Positions 38,663 through 46,155 of a DNA stretch of 64,000 nt are shown here, piece after piece (positions within the stretch are counted from its first letter, which is position 1; each line of letters begins with the position of its first letter). The translations under genes and the position numbers were made by a program. The notes beneath the pieces are model-generated. The model did no database searches. It was not told the DNA's origin and saw only the letters and a list, made by a program, of their open reading frames with translations. The stretch is from NCBI GenBank assembly GCA_963702005.1, contig OY969696.1, positions 4,160,001-4,224,000 on the forward strand, read 5' to 3'. This DNA is from Candidatus Aminicenantes bacterium. Its GTDB lineage: Bacteria > Acidobacteriota > Aminicenantia > Aminicenantales > JAFGBC01.

Positions 38663-39582
38663 GGAATTTGTCCCAGCAAAGGGAGCACCATCGGGATGTC
38701 GGCCGGGGCGAGGCCGGCCAGCGCCGGGTGCGTGATCTCGAGGACGGGGATCGATAAGGCCGTCCTCAAGCCCTCCCGGATCGCTCCGGCCGGATCGGGG
38801 ACGCCCAGCCGGAGGCCCAGGGCGCGGACCTGCCTTTTCTCCCGGTCCTCGATGAAGCGGATCGTGTTCTCGATCTCCTTGGCCGCCTCCGGGATGCGGC
38901 GCGGGGATCGCCCCCCCCCGGAGACGAGCGGCTTGAGCCGGTAGAGGCTCATCTCCCCCTCGACCAGGCCGATCAAGCACAGGGACTCTTCCTCGATGTT
39001 CACGATGAGGCTGTCCCGGAACTCATCCTGGCCAGCCAGGTTGAGAAGGCTCAGGGAGGGAATCCCGACATGCCCGACCCGGAAATGGAGGCGCTCGAAG
39101 GCCACCTCATACTCGCGGACGACGGACTCTTTAATGACAACGGCTAAAACCTTGGGCGCCGGGGAGTTCAAGACTTCATAGACAAGCCTGGTATCCTCGG
39201 CCAAGAGGGGCATCTGCTTCTGGATGCGCCAGCGGATGACCTTCTCCCGCTCTTTGTCGGCGGCCGGAAGCGAGTCGAACGGCAGAAGGGCGGCCCGGAC
39301 GCACACGTCGGGAATGAGGCAGGAGACGGATTTCTCGGACAACCGGAGCCGGGCGACGGCTTCCTTGATTATGCCCCCGAGGAGGGTGGGGTCCGGAAGG
39401 TTGGGTTTGTCGAAGGAGGGGACGACGGTCCCGGGGGGGAGTGGGAAGACCGCGGCGCCGGCGATCTTGTTCTCTTTCCGCTGGTAATGAACGCCGGCCA
39501 GAGCCTTCGAGGACACCAGGATGTGCCCCTGGAGCCGGGGCGTATCCCGGAAATAGTCCAGCCAGCGTTCGGGAATCCTCAT
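38659..39582 (-). CDS. pilM: PilM-like protein
   Basis: Operon position between the ATPase and PilN; sequence compatible with an actin-like fold. Confidence 0.7.
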   Translation of the reverse strand: MRIPERWLDYFRDTPRLQGHILVSSKALAGVHYQRKENKIAGAAVFPLPPGTVVPSFDKPNLPDPTLLGGIIKEAVARLRLSEKSVSCLIPDVCVRAALLPFDSLPAADKEREKVIRWRIQKQMPLLAEDTRLVYEVLNSPAPKVLAVVIKESVVREYEVAFERLHFRVGHVGIPSLSLLNLAGQDEFRDSLIVNIEEESLCLIGLVEGEMSLYRLKPLVSGGGRSPRRIPEAAKEIENTIRFIEDREKRQVRALGLRLGVPDPAGAIREGLRTALSIPVLEITHPALAGLAPADIPMVLPLLGQIP

Positions 39583-39589
39583 CGCCCCC

Positions 39590-41215
39590 TCACTCGACGA
39601 AGGTCACCTTGTTGAGCTCCCGCAGGCTGGTCGTTCCCCGCAGGACCTTCTGAATCCCGACTTCGCGCAGGAAGACCATGCCCTCGGACTTGGCCTGCTT
39701 GCGGATCTCGGACAGTGGCTTCCGGACCAGGATCATTTCCCGGATCGTATCGGACAGCTCGAGGAGCTCGGCGATGGCCGTCCGGCCCTGGTAGCCGGTG
39801 TCGTGGCAGTTCGGGCAGCCCTTGGCTTCGTAGAAAACCTGGTCCCGGTAGAGGCTCGGGTCCAGGCCGGATTCGAGAAGCTGGGCTTTGCCGAGCTTGT
39901 GGGGCGTCTTGCACTTCGGGCAGAGGACCCGGACCAGGCGCTGGGCCAGGGTGCAGTTGAGGGCCGAGACGAAACTATAGGGATCGACCTGCATATGGAG
40001 GAAGCGGCCGATGACGTCGAAGACGTTGTTGGCGTGGACGGTCGTGAAGACCAGATGGCCGGTCAGGGCCGCCTGGATGGCGATCTGGGCCGTCTCCGGG
40101 TCCCGGATCTCGCCGACCATGATCTTGTCCGGATCATGGCGGAGGATCGAGCGCAGTCCCCGGACGAAGGTCAGTCCCTTTTTCTCGTTGACCGGGATCT
40201 GGGTGATCCCCTCGACCTGGTATTCGACCGGGTCCTCGATGGTGATGATCTTGTCCTCGGGGGACTTGATCTCGGTCAGGGCGGCGTAGAGGGTCGTCGT
40301 CTTGCCGCTCCCGGTCGGTCCGGTCACGAGAACCATCCCGTAGGGCTGGGTGATGTAGCGGCGGAAATGGCGGAGGACCTCGTCCGAAAACCCGAGCAGG
40401 TCGAGCCGGAGCTCGGAGATGGCCTCCGTGATCATTTCCTTATCCAGGATGCGGATGACGGCATCCTCGCCGTAGATGGAAGGCATGATCGAGACCCGGA
40501 AGTCGATCGTCTTGTCCTTGATCCGGAGCCGGAAGCGGCCGTCCTGGGGAACGCGGCGCTCGGCGATGTCCAGGTCCGACATGACCTTGACCCGGGAGAT
40601 GATCGGGGCCATGAATTTCTTGTCGATCGGCTCGAGGGCCTCGCTCAGGACCCCGTCGATCCGGTATTTGATGATCATCCGCTCGTCCTTGCTCTCAATG
40701 TGGACGTCGCTGGCCCGCTTCTGGACGGCCGTGAAGATGATCGTATTGACGAGCTTGATGATCGATCCGTCCTGGTCGGCCAGCTTCTCGATCGAGAGGA
40801 CCTCCTCCTCCTCGCCCGATTCCTTCTCGACGACCTGCATGATGAAGCCCTCGGTGGCGTCCTTGAGGACCTGGAGGGCCGTCTCGCTCCGGCGCAGGGC
40901 CTCCTGGATGGCCCGCTGGGAAGCGGCCAGGACCTGGACCTTGCGGCCCAGGAACGATTCGATGGCGTCGATCGTGGCCAGGTCCGAGGGGTCGGAGATG
41001 GCGATCTGGATGAGGTTGTCCCGCTCGCCGAGCGGGATGAAGTTCAGCCGGTAGAGGAAATCGACCGGGATGGACTGGACGAGGTCGCGGTCGACCGGAT
41101 AGCCGGCCAGGTCGATGTAGGGGACGTTGTAGCGCTCGGCGAGCTTGCGGATCTCCCGCTCCTCGGCGAATATTTCTTTGCGGGCGTCGTCCCGGCCGTC
41201 GGTTCGTTTCGTCAT
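39590..41215 (-). CDS. pilB: GspE/PilB assembly ATPase
   Basis: ASDVHIE, PQDGR, GPTGSGKTTT, TIEDPVE, LRHDPD, GEIRD, TGH, CPKC/CPNC. Start MTKR at 41215; the longer ORF start lies inside a repeat. Confidence 0.92.
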   Translation of the reverse strand: MTKRTDGRDDARKEIFAEEREIRKLAERYNVPYIDLAGYPVDRDLVQSIPVDFLYRLNFIPLGERDNLIQIAISDPSDLATIDAIESFLGRKVQVLAASQRAIQEALRRSETALQVLKDATEGFIMQVVEKESGEEEEVLSIEKLADQDGSIIKLVNTIIFTAVQKRASDVHIESKDERMIIKYRIDGVLSEALEPIDKKFMAPIISRVKVMSDLDIAERRVPQDGRFRLRIKDKTIDFRVSIMPSIYGEDAVIRILDKEMITEAISELRLDLLGFSDEVLRHFRRYITQPYGMVLVTGPTGSGKTTTLYAALTEIKSPEDKIITIEDPVEYQVEGITQIPVNEKKGLTFVRGLRSILRHDPDKIMVGEIRDPETAQIAIQAALTGHLVFTTVHANNVFDVIGRFLHMQVDPYSFVSALNCTLAQRLVRVLCPKCKTPHKLGKAQLLESGLDPSLYRDQVFYEAKGCPNCHDTGYQGRTAIAELLELSDTIREMILVRKPLSEIRKQAKSEGMVFLREVGIQKVLRGTTSLRELNKVTFVE

Positions 41216-41217
41216 GC

Positions 41218-41361
41218 AAAATCCTCGACACCCAGGCCTGAAGGCCGGCACCCATGGAAGCCATGGGTACTGCAAAGGCGGGGCTCGTTCGGGATTAGCC
41301 CTGAGCCTCGCAAATCATCCCCTCCTTTAAAAGCGGAGCTTGGCGTCGGCGAATGGGTCAC
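41218..41361 (+). repeat. About 140-bp multi-hairpin intergenic element, copy B
   Basis: Fills the whole pilC-pilB gap; homologous to 32824-32966 and 54371-54578. Confidence 0.88.
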
Positions 41362-42566
41362 TGGGTCACCTGGATGATATTAAAGATGGGGAGGTAGACG
41401 GCCAGGAGCATGCCCGCCGCTACAAGCCCCATGAAGATGATGATGACGGGTTCGATCAGGGAAACCAGCGTGTCGATTCGGGCCCGGATCCGTCCGTCGT
41501 AGAAGTCGGCGACCTCGGCCAGCATCCCTTCCAGGTTGGCCGAGGTCTCCCCGATCCGGATCATGTCCAGGGACAGGGGCGGGAAGAATCCCGTTTGGGC
41601 GAGCGCCTCGGACAGGCTCTCGCCGTTCTTGATCTTGTCCTGGCAGCCGCTCGTCAGCCTGACCAGATATCTGTTGGGGACGGCGCAGCGGGCGATCCCG
41701 ATGGCCTGGAGGAGGCTGATCCCGGCTTCGAGAAGGAGTCCCAAGGTCCGACTGAACAGGGAAACCCCGGACTCGATGAAAATGGAATGGCCGTAGGGAA
41801 TTCGAAGCTTGATACGATCGACGAGGATGCGCCCCTCCTCCTTGCGCCGGAGGACGAAATAGCCAACGGTCAGGCCGATGAGCAGGATGAGAAAGAAGGG
41901 GATCTGTCTCCGGGCGGCCGTGGCGAAGGCCATCAGGTTTCTGGTCACGGCCGGGAGATTGGCCTCAAAGTCCGCGTAGAAGCTGGCGAAGCGGGGAAGG
42001 ATGAAATTGATGAGGATGGTCAGCAGGATGAGGGCGAAGGTGATGAGAAGGGTCGGATAGATGAGGGCCGACCGGATGCGGGACTTGGTCTGGGAGACGG
42101 TCCGGGCGTAGGTCAGGTAGCGGCTGATGGCGCCGGCCAGGTTCCCGCTCCGCTCGCCAGCCATCAGCGACGCCGTGTAAACCCTGCCGAATTGAGACTC
42201 GTGGGCGGCGAAACTGTCCGAGAGGGCCTTCCCTCCCCGGATGTCCTTCTCGACCGCCATCAGGAGCTCCTTGAAGGGAAGGTTCTTGATCCGGCCGACG
42301 ATGATCTCCATGCCGCGCAGGATGGGGTAGCCGGCCTTGATCAGGGCCATCAGCTCCTGGTTGAACATCAGGAAATCGCGGGCCTTGACTTTTTTCGTGA
42401 AGGGAAGGAGCCGGACCTGGATCTTCTTCCAATCCCGATGGACGGAGAGGACGCACAACCCTTCGCCCTCAAAACGGCGCCGGCATTCATCCAAGGAAGA
42501 GGCCAGGATCGTTTGGGAAAAGGCCTTCCCTTCATCCGTGGCTAACCGGCATGTAAAATAAGGCAT
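41358..42566 (-). CDS. pilC: GspF/PilC platform protein
   Basis: FNQELMALIKAGYP, AGERSGNL, SALIYP, IGETSANL, LIEPVII, YLPIF. Confidence 0.92.
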   Translation of the reverse strand: MPYFTCRLATDEGKAFSQTILASSLDECRRRFEGEGLCVLSVHRDWKKIQVRLLPFTKKVKARDFLMFNQELMALIKAGYPILRGMEIIVGRIKNLPFKELLMAVEKDIRGGKALSDSFAAHESQFGRVYTASLMAGERSGNLAGAISRYLTYARTVSQTKSRIRSALIYPTLLITFALILLTILINFILPRFASFYADFEANLPAVTRNLMAFATAARRQIPFFLILLIGLTVGYFVLRRKEEGRILVDRIKLRIPYGHSIFIESGVSLFSRTLGLLLEAGISLLQAIGIARCAVPNRYLVRLTSGCQDKIKNGESLSEALAQTGFFPPLSLDMIRIGETSANLEGMLAEVADFYDGRIRARIDTLVSLIEPVIIIFMGLVAAGMLLAVYLPIFNIIQVTQ

Positions 42567-42617
42567 CTCAGACTCTTAATGATGCAGACCCGCACTCTCA
42601 CCCGTCGGGTAACTTCA

Positions 42618-42646
42618 ATATTAGGGAAATAGGGGTTTTTTGTCAA
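42618..42646 (-). promoter_or_regulatory. Sigma70-type promoter of the pilus/secretion operon
   Basis: TTGACA-N17-TAATAT. Confidence 0.55.
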
Positions 42647-42701
42647 ACTAGCGGCCCCCTTCTGACGGAGTCCGCCGCGGCCTCGGCCTTGGGGGCTCAG
42701 C

Positions 42702-43877
42702 TCACTCCCCGGCCAGATCGTACTTCTGGATGAGGGGGTTGAGCCTGGTCAGGAGCTCGTAGAACGACTGGCCGGCCCGCCCGGCGAGCTCGTAGGCCGT
42801 GACCTCCTCCCCCCCGTCGCGCCCGATGACCGTCACCGGGTCTTCGACCCGGGCGTCCGGGATATCGCTTAGATCGATCACAATCATGTCCATAGCGACG
42901 TTCCCCAGGACGCGGGCCCGGCGTCCCCGGACCAGGACCTCGGCCACCCGCGAGAGGGCGCGCGGAAAGCCGTGCCAGTAGCCGATCGGGCAGACCCCTA
43001 CGACCGAATCTCTGGTCAGCGTCTCGCTCAGGTCATACCCGATCCGGGCGCCCGCGCTAAGGCGTTTGACCTCCGAGACGATCGTCCGCCAGGAGAGGAC
43101 CGGCTTCAGTTCGAATTTGTTCTCGAAGAACGGCTTCATCTTCAAGGACGGCCAGAGCCCGACCAGCCCGATCCCGATCCGGACCATTTCGAAATGGGCC
43201 TCGGGAAAAAGAAAGACCCCGGCTGTGCCGCAGGCGTGGAGGAGCGGCCGGTACCCGGCTCCCCGAAAGACCGCGGCGGCGCGCCGAAAGGCTTCGATCT
43301 GGTCCCGGGTGTAGGCCGTGTCGTCCGGGTCCTTGGCGGCGGCGAAGTGGGTGTAGAGGCCCTCCACCTCGAGCCGGGGATGGTCCCGGCGCAGGATGCC
43401 CGCGAGTTTTGGGATTTGGGCCGGCAGGAAGCCCTGGCGGTGGAGGCCCGTGTCGATTTTGATATGGACCCGGACTCCATCGCCCACTCCCGAGCAGCCG
43501 AGGGCGGCCAGGCTCTCGAAGCTCGAGACGGTCAGGCTGATCCCGCGGCTCACCGCTTCCTCGAGGCGAGCCGGGAGCGTATAGCCCAGAACGAGGATGG
43601 GTTTCGCGATCCCGGTCTCCCGGAGCGTCACCGCCTCGACGATCGAATCCACGCCCAGCCAGTCCGCGCCCAGCCGGTCCACGGCGGGGACAAAGTCGTA
43701 CAGCCCATGCCCGTAGGCGTTGGACTTGGCGACGGCCATCAGCCGGCAGCCGGCGGGAAGGAGCCCTCGGAAAAGTCCGATGTTATGGGTCAGGGCGCTA
43801 CGGTCGAGCTCGATCCAGGTCCGGACGAGATGCTTTTCGATGACGGCGTCTGGATTAGATTTCGCTTCTATAGACAT
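42702..43877 (-). CDS. alr: Alanine racemase
   Basis: VAKSNAYGHG PLP lysine, HIKIDTGLHRQG, VRIGIGL, IGY, VAMD, YE. Confidence 0.95.
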   Translation of the reverse strand: MSIEAKSNPDAVIEKHLVRTWIELDRSALTHNIGLFRGLLPAGCRLMAVAKSNAYGHGLYDFVPAVDRLGADWLGVDSIVEAVTLRETGIAKPILVLGYTLPARLEEAVSRGISLTVSSFESLAALGCSGVGDGVRVHIKIDTGLHRQGFLPAQIPKLAGILRRDHPRLEVEGLYTHFAAAKDPDDTAYTRDQIEAFRRAAAVFRGAGYRPLLHACGTAGVFLFPEAHFEMVRIGIGLVGLWPSLKMKPFFENKFELKPVLSWRTIVSEVKRLSAGARIGYDLSETLTRDSVVGVCPIGYWHGFPRALSRVAEVLVRGRRARVLGNVAMDMIVIDLSDIPDARVEDPVTVIGRDGGEEVTAYELAGRAGQSFYELLTRLNPLIQKYDLAGE

Positions 43878-44115
43878 TCTTTCGATGTCCGATTCTAAGA
43901 ATAAGAACGTCCGGGCCTAATAATGCATAAATAATTCTATATTCCCCAACTCGGAATTTGCGAAGCCCGGCAAAAGAACCCTTCAAGACCGGATTAAGCT
44001 CGGGTTTCTTTGAAAGCTCCTGTTCAATTCGGTCGAGGATTCGGCCCGCTTCGGATTTAGACAGCTTTTTAAGGTCGCGCTGGACAGACTTTTTGTAGAC
44101 GATATTAAAGGCCAA
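43855..44115 (-). CDS. RelE/ParE-family toxin
   Basis: 86 aa, basic, LKGSFAGLRKFRVGEYRIIY...IGHRKNVY. Confidence 0.92.
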   Translation of the reverse strand: MAFNIVYKKSVQRDLKKLSKSEAGRILDRIEQELSKKPELNPVLKGSFAGLRKFRVGEYRIIYALLGPDVLILRIGHRKNVYRSEI

Positions 44116-44323
44116 GGGACTTTCTCAGCTCTTTGCCAGAAATGATGGGATCGCTCTTATCATGGAGACGGTCCAGCGCCACCTGAAGATCTGCGAATTC
44201 CTCGATATAAGACTCTAAAGCCTTCTGGATGATGAAAGAACGCGGCCGCTCCGTCTCCTTGGCGATGGAGTCGAGTTGTTCCACGAGTTCTTTAGAAAGC
44301 CTCACCGATATCGCTGTATTCAT
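44105..44323 (-). CDS. Ribbon-helix-helix (CopG/RelB-like) antitoxin
   Basis: ISVRLSKELVEQLDSIAKETERPRSFIIQKALESY; acidic tail; overlaps the toxin start. Confidence 0.9.
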   Translation of the reverse strand: MNTAISVRLSKELVEQLDSIAKETERPRSFIIQKALESYIEEFADLQVALDRLHDKSDPIISGKELRKSLGL

Positions 44324-44343
44324 TTAGCATCTCCAATAATTGG

Positions 44344-44380
44344 TGTATTACAATGTAAACAACAAGGGTTGATTTGTCAA
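44344..44380 (-). promoter_or_regulatory. Toxin-antitoxin promoter with overlapping inverted-repeat operator
   Basis: TTGACA-N17-TACATT; TTACA-A-TGTAA palindrome across the -10 box. Confidence 0.65.
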
Positions 44381-44458
44381 CCGATATTTCCGGACTTATT
44401 AGAAAGGGCAGGCCGAGAACGGTCGGGGAGAATTCCAGAAAATGAATCGCTTCAGATC

Positions 44459-46132
44459 TTAATGCGTCGTGAACGTCCAGTCGTTGCCCGAGACCGCCCA
44501 CTCGGAGTCCTCGATGTCCTTCCCGTTGCCGACGGCCTTGACGTTCCAGGAGTAGGCCGTGGCCGAGGCAAGGCCGGAGAGTTTGAGATAGGCCCGGCCT
44601 TTTTTGACATTGTAATAGGTGTAGTTGCCGCTCCCGAGCTTGATCCGGACCTGATATTGGGTCTCTTCGGGGTAGGGCTTCTTATTTTGGTCGGTCCAGC
44701 GCAGGACGACGCTCGCCCCCACTCCCGTCGCCCCTTTCGCCGGCGCCTGTAAGAGCGCCGGGAACAGAACCTTCACCTTGAACACATAGGGCTTCAAGTT
44801 TCGAAGGACATATCCGATACCTTGATAATATTGACCGTCCCAATAGCCAGAATTCCTAACCCCGAAAATATCAATATCGCCATCATCATCCAAATCGCAC
44901 GGATAGCCCCGAATAATAAACAATCCCCGCTGAAAGGGAGGAAGCAACAGCTTGCTCATTTCGACGAACTGAGCGTTCCCCTTGTTCAGGAATACCTTCG
45001 GGCCGGAATCGTCACAGACATCAAAAAAATCCATCCAGCCGTCTCCGTTGAAATCCACGGGAATTATCGCGCTGCCGCTTCGAAATCTCAGATCGGAAAG
45101 AGAATCCGTGGCATCGCAAAACGTCCCGTCGCAATTATTCAACATGAGTTGATAGCCAAGGCCGCCCGGCTGATAAGTGCTGACGTGCATAATGAGATCC
45201 GGCCAGCCGTCTCGGTTAAAATCCGCAGAAGCAATACCAAAGGAACCATATCCTGGCCCTCGCCGTATGGGCGGCAAATAATTATCTGGCGCAAACTGGA
45301 AATGACTAGCCCCGTCATTTAAGAGAATTCGAGTCTTATTTTCTGCCATACCGGGATCGGGATAAGGACCCAATACGAGGTCTAGATCTCCGTCTTTGTC
45401 TGTATCTAATAAAAGGCAGCAGCTCATTAGGCCGTAATCACCGACTTCTCGTGCCGGGAAATTGTCATCGTCTTGCAGAAATGTCCCCTTACCATTATTG
45501 ATTAAGAAATATCTATCGGAGCAATAAATGTCTATATCTCCATCATTGTCGATATCTCCGCTGGTAGCTTCGATAGTTGAACCGAGAATAGACGGTAGGC
45601 ACGCGTCCGTTTTGTTGACTAAAGATCCCCGCGAGGTTTGAAAAAACAGCTGATTCTGAGCCCCAAATACAGGTTGCCAATCCATTCCCCCGGCCTCGGG
45701 CATGAACAAGTCTTGCCATCCATCAAGATTAAGATCTGCCACGACGGGTTGATTAGAGCTATAAGACCTGCCAGATTTAAAAACGAAAACGGTCGCATCA
45801 GTGAAATGTCCTTGCCCGTCATTCCTGAGCGCCGTCAAATAGCCCGGTCCAAACCCAATCGGTGAGCTCTGCGGTGGCCCGATTGACTCTCCAAAGACGA
45901 TATCCAAGTCCCCGTCATGATCAAAATCGACGGGAGCCACGGCCTCGATCCCTCCTGTCAAACGCTTTGGCAGATAAAAGGATTCGAGAGAAAAATAGTC
46001 GGTCGCGGTCTTTTTGGTTTGGCCGGCATAGAAAGCGCCGGACGCGAGCCGGTCCGTGGCTCCAGGATTCCCTTTGATCGAGATAAGGACAACCAGTCCG
46101 ATGATAATTATTATGAACTTTTCTTGTTTCAT
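44459..46132 (-). CDS. Secreted FG-GAP/VCBS-repeat protein with C-terminal FN3-like domain (copy 1)
   Basis: Repeated DFDHDGDLDI / DIDNDGDIDI / DFNRDGWPDL motifs; C-terminal LRW...YSWNVKA beta-sandwich. Confidence 0.85.
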   Translation of the reverse strand: MKQEKFIIIIIGLVVLISIKGNPGATDRLASGAFYAGQTKKTATDYFSLESFYLPKRLTGGIEAVAPVDFDHDGDLDIVFGESIGPPQSSPIGFGPGYLTALRNDGQGHFTDATVFVFKSGRSYSSNQPVVADLNLDGWQDLFMPEAGGMDWQPVFGAQNQLFFQTSRGSLVNKTDACLPSILGSTIEATSGDIDNDGDIDIYCSDRYFLINNGKGTFLQDDDNFPAREVGDYGLMSCCLLLDTDKDGDLDLVLGPYPDPGMAENKTRILLNDGASHFQFAPDNYLPPIRRGPGYGSFGIASADFNRDGWPDLIMHVSTYQPGGLGYQLMLNNCDGTFCDATDSLSDLRFRSGSAIIPVDFNGDGWMDFFDVCDDSGPKVFLNKGNAQFVEMSKLLLPPFQRGLFIIRGYPCDLDDDGDIDIFGVRNSGYWDGQYYQGIGYVLRNLKPYVFKVKVLFPALLQAPAKGATGVGASVVLRWTDQNKKPYPEETQYQVRIKLGSGNYTYYNVKKGRAYLKLSGLASATAYSWNVKAVGNGKDIEDSEWAVSGNDWTFTTH

Positions 46133-46155
46133 TTTGTTCTCCATATGCACGGAAC

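Noticed and set aside
41216-41275. N-terminal extension MQYPWLPWVP of PilB
   Set aside because: It is translated repeat sequence; the plausible start is 41215.
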